Below are positions 1 through 9,906 of a stretch of DNA of 64,000 bases, in pieces; within the stretch, counting starts at the first letter, position 1; the number at the start of each line of letters is the position of its first letter. The stretch is from an uncultured bacterium (GTDB taxonomy: Bacteria; Chlamydiota; Chlamydiia; Chlamydiales; SM23-39): NCBI GenBank assembly GCA_964626905.1, contig CAZVHA010000008.1, forward strand, positions 7,872 to 71,871, given 5' to 3'. The position numbers and the translations under genes were made by a program. The notes beneath the pieces are model-generated. The model worked only from the letters and a program-made list of their open reading frames with translations. It ran no database searches and had not been told where the DNA came from.

Positions 1-13
1 TCATTTCAGTTGC

Positions 14-36
14 AAATGTAAAGCGGCTTTACATTT
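14..36. repeat. 23-bp perfect palindrome AAATGTAAAGCGGCTTTACATTT, copy 1 (11-nt arms, 1-nt centre); ends 2 nt before the ATG at 39
   Basis: Read directly. The identical 23-mer recurs at 32095 and 41682, and as its reverse complement at 61919. Confidence 0.95.
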
Positions 37-38
37 CG

Positions 39-2435
39 ATGCGGCGGCGTCTTTTCAAGTGGGCGCTTGGGGGCGCTTTCTCATTTTATCTTCTCTTTGG
101 GACTCGAGATCGGCTCTACAAGGCGGAAGGGAGTTTTAAGGCGGAGATCGAAAAACAGGCAAGCGAGACCTTTTTTAAAGAGCTCATCGTCGGGATCACA
201 ACATCTCCTCACATTCCGATGACGCCGATTTTAAAATCTTCTTGTGTGCTGAAACCTCTCATTGAGAAGTTGGGGCTCCAAATCAAGGGACAAGCCGATT
301 TTGCGTTTACAGACGTCTATTTTGAAGGGGAAAAAAAGGGCCGGTTTTATCTGCAGTTTATCAATGAAAAAGAGTTCACCGTTTACAACGAGGAGAAAAA
401 AGGGCTCGTGAACTGTCCATATCAGCTAAAGGGGATGGAATTCACATTGATAAAGGCTCCTTCAAAAATCAAACTGGGTCGATGGTATCGCTTTGAGATT
501 GTCCACTGGAAAAAGCTGATGAAAAAGCTCAAAAAGAGGATTAAAATCAAAACGGATAAAGAAAATAAATCGATCCTCTTCATTTCGGCTTTGCATAAAA
601 ACCGGTACACAGCTGCGCAAATTGTGAATGGGTTGATGTGCGAGTATCAGGCCTATTTGAAGAAGGAATACGACGGGGTCGCAAGGGCGCAACTCAAACT
701 GCTTGAGGAGAGACAAGAGAGTCTCCTAGCGAAAATGGAGTATCTTTTCGATCAGCACGCCACCTATTTGAGCGCGAATTTAAAAAAAGGGGGATTTTCG
801 GGGCTAGATCAAGAAACGGAGAGTGTGGCGCCGCTGTATCGGGCAATGCGGGGAAGAAGTTTGGCAATCGATGTTGAATTGAATCGCTTGGGCGAGTTTG
901 AGAAGGGAGATTGGCAGCTTTTTGCGGCGAAAGAGGATTTAGTGACAGATGGGATTAAGCATCTCGTTGGGCAGCTGCAGAGTTTAACGCAAGAAAGGGA
1001 TCTGATTGAACCTCAACTCGCAATGGGGATGGATCTCCGTTTAGAAGCGCAAAATCGAGATGTGGCTCCTCTTTTAGAAGAGATCGAAGGGATCGATTTG
1101 CAAACAGCCCGCGCTCTTTGTTTGGAGTACAACGGCAAGCTCGATGGGCAGGAGGTTTATATTCGGACTTTGGCGCAAGTGAAGGGGCAATTGTTGAACT
1201 CCTCTTTTGATTTAGCGCCGCTGAGTTCTCTTTTGCCAGATCCATTGAGTCAAAAGATCATTCAAGAGGCGAGCGCGCTCGAAGTGCAGCTGAAAGATGA
1301 AAAAAACCATAGCATTAAAGAGGGGCATCGTTGGGAAAAAGAGGTGGCACATCTTCGAAAAGTATTCATCGATCATGTGGATCAATTGATGCTTGTGGCC
1401 CAGTTGAATGCGGACCGTTTTCGGCAAAAAATGGGGCAACTGCAGCGGATCACTTTGGATGGGATCCATCAACAAATGGCGGTTCTTCGCGAAGAGATGC
1501 AAGAGTGGATTCAGGGGAGGAAAAGGGCGCTTCTCATTGAAAAAGGGCTGACCGAGAAGAAAATGGAAGAGATCCGCGCTGAGATGGGGGATATTTTCCC
1601 TGAGAAGTGGCGTTTTGAAAAGGGGCTTGAGGTAAAAATCGATGCGGTGAAAAAGATGATGGCGGTGGTGACGGAGGTGGTCGAGTCGAAAAGAATTGCG
1701 AATCAGCTCCACTATGTCGAGTCAAAGCCGCTCGATTTTGCCCTTGTTCCCGAAAAAAAGGGGCTCCCCTACGTTTGGCTTCTCCTATTTTTAGGGGCTT
1801 TTACATGTCCTTTTTCCCTTTTTTCTTTCACTTTCATTCGGCAACTGATTCGGGGATTTCCTGTGAGTAGCGAGGTCCTTTCGGCTTTACAAATACCTCA
1901 CCTGGGTGAGCTCAGCTCTTTTGCCGAGCTAGAACTCTTGCGAAAAGTGGCCCTTTTTTCTGAAGGGGCAAAGACGGTTGCATTGATTTTGGGGAAGGGG
2001 GTCGATTATTCCGATGCTTTAGGGGAGAACTTGGCCAGGCGTTTTGCGAAATCGATTTTTATCCGATGTGATTTTTCTCTTTTCCCGAAGGAGGGGGAAG
2101 TTCCTGGGATTTTGCAGATGGGATTAGATGAGGCGATCATTCGGCAGGGGAAGGGATTTGACTTTATCGCGCCGGGCGGATATACCCCGTTTGGAGTGGA
2201 GATCATTCAATCGCTCTGGTTTAAAGAGATGATTGAGCGTTTGGGGAAAACGTACGATTGGGTGTTTCTCGTTTCGAAGGGATCTCTCTCTTCTGTGGAG
2301 ACGGAGGCGCTCTTGCGCCATTCGGAAAAAGCGCTCGTCACTCTCTCTGCCGAACAAATTGAGGAGTTGACACCGTTTATTCATTGGGGATACGATAAGG
2401 GGATCTGTCGAATAACTTTTATTACTCAGGTATGA
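39..2435 (+). CDS. Polysaccharide co-polymerase-like protein (Wzz/GumC/BY-kinase-type architecture)
   Basis: Basic N-terminus plus a TM helix ([20 protein letters not shown]). A long coiled region follows, then a second hydrophobic segment ([19 protein letters not shown]) and a C-terminal alpha/beta-like domain. No clean Walker A motif was seen. ATGA overlap with the downstream sugar-nucleotide gene. Confidence 0.45.
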   Translation: MRRRLFKWALGGAFSFYLLFGTRDRLYKAEGSFKAEIEKQASETFFKELIVGITTSPHIPMTPILKSSCVLKPLIEKLGLQIKGQADFAFTDVYFEGEKKGRFYLQFINEKEFTVYNEEKKGLVNCPYQLKGMEFTLIKAPSKIKLGRWYRFEIVHWKKLMKKLKKRIKIKTDKENKSILFISALHKNRYTAAQIVNGLMCEYQAYLKKEYDGVARAQLKLLEERQESLLAKMEYLFDQHATYLSANLKKGGFSGLDQETESVAPLYRAMRGRSLAIDVELNRLGEFEKGDWQLFAAKEDLVTDGIKHLVGQLQSLTQERDLIEPQLAMGMDLRLEAQNRDVAPLLEEIEGIDLQTARALCLEYNGKLDGQEVYIRTLAQVKGQLLNSSFDLAPLSSLLPDPLSQKIIQEASALEVQLKDEKNHSIKEGHRWEKEVAHLRKVFIDHVDQLMLVAQLNADRFRQKMGQLQRITLDGIHQQMAVLREEMQEWIQGRKRALLIEKGLTEKKMEEIRAEMGDIFPEKWRFEKGLEVKIDAVKKMMAVVTEVVESKRIANQLHYVESKPLDFALVPEKKGLPYVWLLLFLGAFTCPFSLFSFTFIRQLIRGFPVSSEVLSALQIPHLGELSSFAELELLRKVALFSEGAKTVALILGKGVDYSDALGENLARRFAKSIFIRCDFSLFPKEGEVPGILQMGLDEAIIRQGKGFDFIAPGGYTPFGVEIIQSLWFKEMIERLGKTYDWVFLVSKGSLSSVETEALLRHSEKALVTLSAEQIEELTPFIHWGYDKGICRITFITQV

Positions 2436-3403
2436 GAGATTTGCAAAAGAAGAAAATTCTCGTCACGGGGGGAGCCGGTTTTTTGGGCTCGCACCTTTGT
2501 GAAAAACTTTTAGAGCAAGGGCACGAGGTCCTTTGTCTCGATAATTTTTTCACAGGGACCCGGGAAAACATTTACCATCTTTTTGATTCGAAGCGCTTTG
2601 AATTGCTGCGCCACGATATTTGTCTTCCGCTCTATGTGGAAGTGGATGAGATTTACAATTTTGCCTGTCCCGCATCGCCTCTGCACTATCAGGCAGATCC
2701 GATCCAGACGATCAAGACGTCGGTTTTAGGGGCGATGAATCTTTTGGGGCTAGCCAAGCGGCTGAATTGCAAGATTTTTCAAGCTTCCACCTCAGAAGTG
2801 TATGGGGATCCCCACATGCATCCGCAAAAAGAGGAGTATTGGGGCAATGTGAATCCGATTGGGATTCGCTCCTGCTATGATGAGGGAAAACGGTGTGCAG
2901 AGACGCTCTTTTTTGACTATCAAAGGAAGCACCATGTGAAGATCAAAGTGGCCCGCATTTTCAACACTTATGGACCGCGGATGCATCCGAATGATGGGAG
3001 GGTGGTTTCTAATTTTATTGTCCAGGCGCTTTGCAATGAACCGATCACAATTTATGGTGATGGGCTGCAAACCCGCTCTTTTTGCTATGTCGATGATCTG
3101 ATTGACGTCACGTTGCGGCTGATGGCTTCAAAGGAGTCGGGTCCGATCAACGTTGGAAATCCGAGCGAATTCAAAGTGCTCGATCTGGCCAAGCAGGTGA
3201 TTGAATTGACTGGTTCCGCATCCAAAATTGTCCATAAACCGCTTCCTTTAGACGATCCCAAACAGAGGCGTCCTGACATCGCACAGGCGCGCGCCCTTTT
3301 GCGCTGGGAGCCGCGGATCTCTCTGGAAGAGGGGCTCAAGTCGACGATCCGCTATTTTGAGACGTGTCTTAAAAAAGAGAAGTCGGAGTGTCTACCCACC
3401 TAA
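2432..3403 (+). CDS. uxs: UDP-glucuronate decarboxylase (UDP-xylose synthase), SDR family
   Basis: [12 protein letters not shown] Rossmann motif. Also [20 protein letters not shown] (YxxxK) and [19 protein letters not shown], typical of the UXS/ArnA-decarboxylase clade. Confidence 0.88.
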   Translation: MRDLQKKKILVTGGAGFLGSHLCEKLLEQGHEVLCLDNFFTGTRENIYHLFDSKRFELLRHDICLPLYVEVDEIYNFACPASPLHYQADPIQTIKTSVLGAMNLLGLAKRLNCKIFQASTSEVYGDPHMHPQKEEYWGNVNPIGIRSCYDEGKRCAETLFFDYQRKHHVKIKVARIFNTYGPRMHPNDGRVVSNFIVQALCNEPITIYGDGLQTRSFCYVDDLIDVTLRLMASKESGPINVGNPSEFKVLDLAKQVIELTGSASKIVHKPLPLDDPKQRRPDIAQARALLRWEPRISLEEGLKSTIRYFETCLKKEKSECLPT

Positions 3404-3568
3404 GGGATCGTAAGGACATAAATGTTACACTTCTCGAGGGAAAATTCCATTCATCTCTAGACGATTTCCCCTTGCAGGTATTCGAAGCGATACCTGCTGC
3501 GGGAAAATCCTCAAGATCTGAACGGTTTTTCTCCTCGATAAGTGTAACATTTATTTCCTTACGATCCC
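3404..3568. mobile_element. 165-bp MITE-like hairpin element with 35-bp terminal inverted repeats, flanked by TAA on both sides
   Basis: 3404-3438 (gggatcgtaaggacataaatgttacacttctcgag) matches the reverse complement of 3534-3568 at 33/35. Central hairpin GCAGGTAT..ATACCTGC at 3474-3497. TAA at 3401-3403 (stop codon of the upstream gene) and at 3569-3571. Confidence 0.6.
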
Positions 3569-3578
3569 TAAGAAAGTG

Positions 3579-5147
3579 CTAATTTCTGTATCCTTCAAAC
3601 TTTTTTTCTTCGCTCTGTCCTTGGGGCTGTAAACTTGTTCCATCGATTAAGTACGTACGGTACTTTATAAATAATGCTACCTGTTGTTCATGAGTAAACA
3701 TGTTGTGTTCGAGTCCGAATTCAATGACCTCTTTTACACATCGCGCTTGCACCTCTTCTGTCTGTGCTTGAGTAAATGCAAACAGGCCGCTTGACCTGAG
3801 ATATTCATTCCGTCTATTTTGAATCATCGCGCCCACAACTGCCAGAGCTTGTTCTTCATCACTTTTGAATGCTTCTTCCCATGTATTTTTGGTATCGGTC
3901 ACGCTTGTGTATTGATAAAGTTTTTTTTGCTTCCAAAATGCATCTTCTACCTTTCCCATGAATTCCTTTAGGCCATCAGTTGCCTTTTTGGACCAACTTT
4001 CCGTTGAGTCCAGACCCTTCCATGGGTCTATGAACATTTCGATAAAAGGTCCACCGGGTCCTTCTCCAAATAACTGGCTAGAATTAACTCTATCACTATC
4101 TGTCCCACAGATCAAAGCTCCCTGGCCGTGATCTTGTTGCGCCTTAAATCCCTTAACAACACGTCGTACAACTTGACGATTATTGCTTTGCATGTCGGCT
4201 GGGAGCAAATCGTGGATTTTTTCTGCCTGATTGCGAACGAAGTTTACGAGATCATTTTCTCCAACCTGCGCCTCATCGCTTCGATATGCTGATCGGACAG
4301 CATTTGCCATCTCATTATAGAAGGCCCCGCTCTCTTCAGGATCCTTGCCGCTAAGAGCAATCACGCTATTTATAAAAGCTCGGGCCTTGGAGTCCTCTAC
4401 GCATAGGTTTTTTAATGTTTCTTGATTTTCGTGCACGATCTTGATAAGACCCCTAAACACAGCTTTGCCCTCATTGTCTCTAATGGGATCCGAATTTTTT
4501 TCGGAAAATGATCGTATGATCCGAGTGAGTTGCCCAGCTAAAAATGGCAGAAAGTTATGTTGTCCTTCTTCGTTTTCGGCTTGGTATTGCAGATGAGGTC
4601 GCTTCGTCGCCATCTCAAAGAGTCCGCAAATCCCCTCATTTAGCTCTGCAACCTTAACTAATCTTTCTTGACGCGCCGACTCCTCTGTGAGCATGGATGA
4701 AACTTGGAGAAGTGGGTTTCGAGTGTTATCGAGATTTGAAAAATGACCCCTCACAAAGGTAACTATTTTTTTAATGAAACTAGGCGCATTCTCTTGATTA
4801 AGATTGGAAAAATCTTTCCAAACACGCACCCCTTCTTCGTGCAGGCGGCGCATTGCATTGTCATCCCCTGTATAGTACGGCTCCCCGCATGCCTTGATCC
4901 CGGTCACAGTTTTCTCTAAATGTCTGAGAGCGTTTGCATAGGCATTTCGATCTGTACTTCCAAGAAAGGTGTTCATCTGATGAAGAAACATCATTAAGTT
5001 GAAGTTCGCAGCACTTTCAGCACGCCGGTTTTCAAGACGAAGTTGACGATAAACATATCCCATTCCTGTAATTGAATAATTAAACATAAACACTCCAAAT
5101 GATTTAGATTTCGTGGAATTATAATAGACACGAATGGTTTTCGTCAA
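3579..5147 (-). CDS. Hypothetical protein (522 aa)
   Basis: Long uninterrupted ORF with no motif I recognise. Visibly more AT-rich than its neighbours. Confidence 0.6.
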   Translation of the reverse strand: MTKTIRVYYNSTKSKSFGVFMFNYSITGMGYVYRQLRLENRRAESAANFNLMMFLHQMNTFLGSTDRNAYANALRHLEKTVTGIKACGEPYYTGDDNAMRRLHEEGVRVWKDFSNLNQENAPSFIKKIVTFVRGHFSNLDNTRNPLLQVSSMLTEESARQERLVKVAELNEGICGLFEMATKRPHLQYQAENEEGQHNFLPFLAGQLTRIIRSFSEKNSDPIRDNEGKAVFRGLIKIVHENQETLKNLCVEDSKARAFINSVIALSGKDPEESGAFYNEMANAVRSAYRSDEAQVGENDLVNFVRNQAEKIHDLLPADMQSNNRQVVRRVVKGFKAQQDHGQGALICGTDSDRVNSSQLFGEGPGGPFIEMFIDPWKGLDSTESWSKKATDGLKEFMGKVEDAFWKQKKLYQYTSVTDTKNTWEEAFKSDEEQALAVVGAMIQNRRNEYLRSSGLFAFTQAQTEEVQARCVKEVIEFGLEHNMFTHEQQVALFIKYRTYLIDGTSLQPQGQSEEKKFEGYRN

Positions 5148-5320
5148 TTTTATTCTTGGAACTCATGGATTATCTATCGTGGCTTTGTTGCCGACTATTC
5201 AACATTTTGATTTTGAGCGTGTTGGATGTTTTTATTACAGTTTCTCTGATTTCTTTTTGCAACAATTAGGCCGTAACTTTACTTTGAGGTGTAGATACAA
5301 ACGAACTTTAAAGGAAGTTT

Positions 5321-5800
5321 ATGGAACAACCTCATTTTGGTCTGGGCACGATTCTTGCCCTCATCTATATTTTTCTTCCCATCTTATTGGGATGGATTCA
5401 GATCAGTTACAAAAAACATTCCCACCGTGCAAAAATCGAACTATTTTTGATTTATTATCTTGTGATTGGGGTGGGTTTTTCGGGACTTCTTTCTGGCTAT
5501 TTGCATATTTTTCATCCCACTTTTGTCTCAAATCTTTTTGGATGGGCTGAAAGTCCATTTACGCAGCAAGTGGGGATGGCAAGTCTCGGTTTTGCCGCTT
5601 TAGGAATTGGGAGCATTTGGCTTGCTGATTGGAGAAGTGCAACTGGAGTTGGCTTTACCATTTTTGCTTGGCTTGCGGCCGTTGGTCGGCTTTATGCTGG
5701 TGGGAGGCCTAGCGCATTTTTTTGGTCGGACGTGCTTGTCCCTCTTGCTATATTGATTCTTTTGGGATTGAGACATCGCCACGGGCAAAAAACCAACTGA
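5321..5800 (+). CDS. Small integral membrane protein (about 4-5 TM)
   Basis: Hydrophobic helices throughout (ILALIYIFLPILLGW, LIYYLVIGVGFSGLL, LVPLAILILLGL). Preferred over the overlapping 5134..5550 frame. Confidence 0.5.
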   Translation: MEQPHFGLGTILALIYIFLPILLGWIQISYKKHSHRAKIELFLIYYLVIGVGFSGLLSGYLHIFHPTFVSNLFGWAESPFTQQVGMASLGFAALGIGSIWLADWRSATGVGFTIFAWLAAVGRLYAGGRPSAFFWSDVLVPLAILILLGLRHRHGQKTN

Positions 5801-5808
5801 TTTACCAT

Positions 5809-5987
5809 GGCTTTGTTGCATTAAAGGCGGCAAAATAACCACCGAGGACACCGAAAACACCGAGAAAAAGGGAAGCGAGAAAAAGGGAAGAAAGTGCGCG
5901 CCTCTGAGCCTCTGAGCTCTCGGTGTGCTCAGTGGTAAAATATTTACTCAAGCCTGTTGGAACTTCGGCGATTTATGCAACAACGCC
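5809..5987 (-). mobile_element. MITE-like element, family A (TGTTGCATAA terminal-repeat core), copy 1, inverted relative to copy 2
   Basis: The reverse complement aligns along most of its length with 29544-29734. Ends are ggctttgttgcatta... and ...tttatgcaacaacgcc. Flanking 9-mers are ATTTACCAT (5800-5808) and ATTTACTAT (5988-5996), matching at 8/9. Confidence 0.75.
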
Positions 5988-5992
5988 ATTTA

Positions 5993-6784
5993 CTATCCTC
6001 TTTTGAGCTCTGGGATAAAGCGATGGATGCTTTTGTCTTCGACGAGATTCATCGCTTCGAATTTGGCTTTTCTGTCTTCTTTTTCAGGCCACCACTTTTC
6101 GAGCCTTTTGATTTTTTGTGTTGATAAGTAGTACTCATCTCGGAGGGAATAGTGGTTGATTCTCAATAAATCGATCTCAACAGTTGCAGAGGAGCACCCT
6201 TCAAAGCGCTCTTTTTTGGTATTGACTTGATAAAACCCTTCAAAAAACAGTGCAGAGTGGGCGTTGTCAAACCCCTTCACTCTTTCGGGTCTGACAATGC
6301 TCTTGACATACTGATTGGTCATTTGCATGGAGGGGGTTTTGAAATTGAGCATTTCGATCAGCAACTTATTTTCTGGTATTTTCGTGACCCGTGATGTTCC
6401 ATAGACCTGCCAATTGACGCAAACGGCTCCAAACTCTTCAAACGAGCCTAAAATCTCGATGAGATTCCCCTGGGTGGGGAAGAGGAACTCGTCGACATCG
6501 AGGATGGCGAGCCACTTTGTTTTCCCGCAGGCCCAGTGGACGGCCCTTTCGTAAGCGAGACATTGCACTTCAGTCCATTCGTAGACGTCGCTATAAGAAA
6601 TGGGCCACTTTGTCAACTTTACGAGCCCTTTTTCAATGTAGGGAAAAAGGACTTTTTCTGGAGAATCCGTGCTGAAATGGTCAAAGAGGTAAAAAAACTG
6701 GACGCCCTGAATCAAGTGGAAATCGATCCACTCTTTCAGATAGGGGGCCTCATTTTGAAAAATAGCTGTAAGGGCAAGTTCCAT
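5993..6784 (-). CDS. Glycosyltransferase, GT92/DUF23-like
   Basis: FQNEAPYLKEWIDFHLIQGVQFFYLFDHFSTD and LAILDVDEFLFP (DxD-type) follow the GT92-type pattern. Confidence 0.55.
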   Translation of the reverse strand: MELALTAIFQNEAPYLKEWIDFHLIQGVQFFYLFDHFSTDSPEKVLFPYIEKGLVKLTKWPISYSDVYEWTEVQCLAYERAVHWACGKTKWLAILDVDEFLFPTQGNLIEILGSFEEFGAVCVNWQVYGTSRVTKIPENKLLIEMLNFKTPSMQMTNQYVKSIVRPERVKGFDNAHSALFFEGFYQVNTKKERFEGCSSATVEIDLLRINHYSLRDEYYLSTQKIKRLEKWWPEKEDRKAKFEAMNLVEDKSIHRFIPELKRG

Positions 6785-6788
6785 CTTT

Positions 6789-9722
6789 TTACTTTGTCGA
6801 ATGTTTCTTTTGGAGTTCTCTCCACTTGTGGATCATTTGAGCTGCGAGTGGCGCCGCCTCTTTTCCCGAATCGCCGAAGCGAAGAAACACGGTGACGACC
6901 AGTTCTGGAGCTGTTTTCTTTAGATCTTTGAAAGAGATCCCACCGAACCAGATATATTTATAAATTTGGGGAGGGCTCGAAGGGTTTTTGGACAGGTTTA
7001 AAACGATCTCAGCAGTTCCCGTTTTGGCGACCATCTGGTGTTCCAAGGCCAAATACTCGCGCATGGCGATTGGGTTGCCGATGAGCGATCGGATGTGACT
7101 TGCTCGCGCGCTTCCGTGCGCGCCGCTGACGACTCGATCCATCCCTTCGAGGAGCGTCCCTCGGATCTTTTCATCCATTGGCAAAATGCGCTTCACTTCA
7201 ATCGGCGTCTCTTTCTTCTCCGAAATCGACGCGCGCGGCTGCATAGCAGTGAAGAGGGGGAAGGGGATCCCAATTGCATTGAGCTCCTCTTTTGCAAGGT
7301 ATGTTGGGGCGGCAAACAGGCTCAAAGGGTGTTGATCGCGTGTGATACCCCCCACCTCTTTGACAAGTTTTGGCTTTAAAACTTTGCCCCCATTGGCAAG
7401 GCTCGCGAGCATAACGGCCGTTTGAAGAGGGGTTGTTAGAAGGGTATGTTGTCCGATGGCGCTTGAATAGAGCCCGGTCCGATGGGTCCTGAGATCGTTC
7501 GGGATATTCCCCCTTTTTTCTCTTGGGAAGTCGATCCCCGTTTTTTCTCCAAATCCAAAGGCTCTTGCCGCAGCTCCCAAATCTTCTGGATCCCCGAAAA
7601 AATCTCCTGCGAGGATAGAAAAATAGGGGTTACTGGACCGTTCGATGGCCGAGAGGAGATCGAGCTTTCCCAAATTGGCCCCTGCGCTCCTCGGCAATCT
7701 CCCTCCCTTATAGTGGCGCGGATAGGGGGTCCCGTTCAAAGAAAAGGCAACTGCATGGGAGGTGATCTGATCGATGAGGGTCAGCTGTTTTTTTTGTCTG
7801 AGCGCTTCATAGGCTGTAACGAGTTTAAAAATCGATCCTGGAGGGACAGGGCATTCGAGTGCGTAGGATCTGCTAAATCCAAAGCCGCCTGTCGGATAGA
7901 AGGCAGCGGCCAAATCTTTTTCGCACTTCACCCCCCGATATTTGCCAAAAAGGGGTCCTTTAAGCTCGGAAAAAGGGCGAAATGTTCGAATGAGCTCTTC
8001 TGGCATCTCTTCATTTGCGAGGAGCGCCCACTTTTTTTCTTCCCAATGGGTGGCGAATAGTTCTTTTTCCTTTTTATCTAAATACTCGACAAGGGGCCTC
8101 ACATAGCTTTTCTTTTCTTTTTCTTCTTTTCTCTTTTCTTTCAAAAACGACTTTTCCTCTTTTTCCCTCCACTCTCTAAACTGATTTTTGCGAAATGCCT
8201 GCAATGCCTCTTTTTTGATCTCCCTCTCTTTTCTCAAAAAAACTTTGCAAAGGGAGCGGTATTTCCCAATTTTCATCGGGCCTACCCTTTCGATCAGCGC
8301 GTCGGTGAAAGCGGGGGCGTAGATGGCGAGTTTACAAAGATCTGCTGCAAATGCTTTGTCTTGGATAGGGAGGGCGATCTGATCGAGCCGCTTTTGGATA
8401 TCTGGAGGGACGCTTTGCCCTAATTTAGTAAAATAGAGCATCGCCTCAAAATCTTCTTGCAGCTGAATGGCCCCTTTCACCGTATCCAAATAGGTTCGGA
8501 TGGGACTTTCTTTGGGTAAGATTTGATCCAAATAAAACTCCCAGCTCACCTGAACCGCCTCTTCCTGGAAATTTTTGGGAGTTTCCCGTTTGAGCACTTC
8601 GTGGCCATCCCACAAATCTGCAATCAGCTGTTCGGTCTCGAGCCAGCGGTGGATTTGCCGCACCTTCCCCTCGCTAAAAATCGAGGCTGCGCTGAAGATA
8701 AAATCATTCGGGTCATAGCGGGGGTAACTGGCCATTGCGAGCACCTCTCCCGTATTTGGGTCGAGAGCGACGATCGCTCCCCCTTTAATCCAAGGCTGTT
8801 TTTGAACTTTTCGGGTTTTGGTTTTCGGATCGCTCCAAATGCTCTTGCCATCTCGCTCCCGCTCATTTTGGCAAAGGAGGTCTTCTGCAAACCGTTGCAA
8901 CTCGGAAGAGATGGAGAGGACGAGCTGTTTTCCCGAGATCGCCTCTTTGTCGGTGAGATCCTTAACAAAACGCCCTTTTTGATCGACCTCAAAAATTTTT
9001 TTACCAAAAAAGCCCCTTAACTCGCCCTCATATTGGGCCTCAAGCCCCGTTTTCCCGACGAGATCGTTCATTGAATAGGCCTTCTCTTTGAGTTCCTCGA
9101 GCCGTTTGAAATCGGACGATTCAAAAAGGTCTGCTTTGAGTTGCAATTCTTTGAGCTCAAAGGCAATTTCGTTGTACTCTCCCCTTGTGATGGCCCCCAT
9201 GGAACCGAGGAGATGGCAGCCCACTTTCCCGAGCGGATAGAAGCGGGCCGAGGCGATTTCGGCGCAAATGCCGGGCCACTCTTTTTCAAGCATTTTGAGT
9301 CGGTAGTGTTCCTCTTCGCTCAAATTGGATTTGAGGAGAAAAGGGGCGTGGGGGAAGAGGGAGGCTTTGGAGTGGATGAGGTCTTCAATGCGCTCGGGGT
9401 CCATCTGCAAGGTTTTGCTCAAAATGACCGACAGATTGCGAATATATTCTTTCCGCTCGATGGCTTTAGGGATCTCGGCGATTTGGGAGTAATAGAGGGC
9501 AGCGTTGTAGGAGATCTGGTTGATGGCCATGGGGATTTGGTAGCGATCGACAATGGTCCCCCTCGGAGCTTTGATGAGGACGGTGCGCCTTTGCGGTTTC
9601 TGCGCGTCGAGGAGCTTTTCTTCCCGTTCGATCACCCCGAGATGCCAGACCCGGATCAAAACGACGAGAAAGGCGAAAGATAAAATTTTTAAAACCTTCC
9701 GGATCTTTTGGGGGGTGTCCAT
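6789..9722 (-). CDS. pbp2: Penicillin-binding protein 2 (class B transpeptidase), large chlamydial-type form with a Lys/Glu-rich insert
   Basis: SxxK (SIFK), SxN (SSN) and KTG (KTGTAE) motifs. N-terminal TM helix after MDTPQKIRK. Start moved to the ATG at 9722 because the longer ORF (to 9836) runs into tRNA-Gly. Confidence 0.88.
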   Translation of the reverse strand: MDTPQKIRKVLKILSFAFLVVLIRVWHLGVIEREEKLLDAQKPQRRTVLIKAPRGTIVDRYQIPMAINQISYNAALYYSQIAEIPKAIERKEYIRNLSVILSKTLQMDPERIEDLIHSKASLFPHAPFLLKSNLSEEEHYRLKMLEKEWPGICAEIASARFYPLGKVGCHLLGSMGAITRGEYNEIAFELKELQLKADLFESSDFKRLEELKEKAYSMNDLVGKTGLEAQYEGELRGFFGKKIFEVDQKGRFVKDLTDKEAISGKQLVLSISSELQRFAEDLLCQNERERDGKSIWSDPKTKTRKVQKQPWIKGGAIVALDPNTGEVLAMASYPRYDPNDFIFSAASIFSEGKVRQIHRWLETEQLIADLWDGHEVLKRETPKNFQEEAVQVSWEFYLDQILPKESPIRTYLDTVKGAIQLQEDFEAMLYFTKLGQSVPPDIQKRLDQIALPIQDKAFAADLCKLAIYAPAFTDALIERVGPMKIGKYRSLCKVFLRKEREIKKEALQAFRKNQFREWREKEEKSFLKEKRKEEKEKKSYVRPLVEYLDKKEKELFATHWEEKKWALLANEEMPEELIRTFRPFSELKGPLFGKYRGVKCEKDLAAAFYPTGGFGFSRSYALECPVPPGSIFKLVTAYEALRQKKQLTLIDQITSHAVAFSLNGTPYPRHYKGGRLPRSAGANLGKLDLLSAIERSSNPYFSILAGDFFGDPEDLGAAARAFGFGEKTGIDFPREKRGNIPNDLRTHRTGLYSSAIGQHTLLTTPLQTAVMLASLANGGKVLKPKLVKEVGGITRDQHPLSLFAAPTYLAKEELNAIGIPFPLFTAMQPRASISEKKETPIEVKRILPMDEKIRGTLLEGMDRVVSGAHGSARASHIRSLIGNPIAMREYLALEHQMVAKTGTAEIVLNLSKNPSSPPQIYKYIWFGGISFKDLKKTAPELVVTVFLRFGDSGKEAAPLAAQMIHKWRELQKKHSTK

Positions 9723-9821
9723 GGTTTTAGAGCATACCAAATCATATATTAAATAGGATTCCTCTTGAGGAAAATAGGCATATAAGATAAAACTGATCTT
9801 TCGATTTTTGAATTTTGGCGC

Positions 9822-9892
9822 GCGCCTGTAGTTCAATGGTAGAACAGTAGCCTTCCAAGCTACGAGTGTCAGTTCAATTCTGTCCAGGCGCT
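9822..9892 (+). tRNA. tRNA-Gly (anticodon UCC)
   Basis: Manual cloverleaf. Acceptor GCGCCTG/CAGGCGC, D-arm GTTCAATGGTAGAAC, anticodon loop CTTCCAA, T-loop TTCAATT. One T-T mismatch in the T-stem. No encoded CCA. Confidence 0.8.
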
Positions 9893-9906
9893 AACAAACT
9901 AATTAT

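Noticed and set aside
5134-5550. A 138-aa ORF overlapping the 5321..5800 membrane-protein ORF.
   Set aside because: It is an alternative frame with a less protein-like sequence. The 5321 frame gives regular TM helices and ends exactly at the MITE target site.
8040-8240. Pyrimidine/purine-rich low-complexity DNA that superficially looks like short tandem repeats.
   Set aside because: It encodes the Lys/Glu-rich linker (KEKRKEEKEKKS...) inside PBP2. There is no regular repeat unit and no spacer architecture. No CRISPR-like array exists anywhere in the window.
9723-9836. N-terminal extension of the PBP2 ORF (MNYRRAPKF...).
   Set aside because: It overlaps tRNA-Gly (9822-9892) on the opposite strand. 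The internal ATG at 9722 is followed by the expected cytoplasmic tail and TM anchor.
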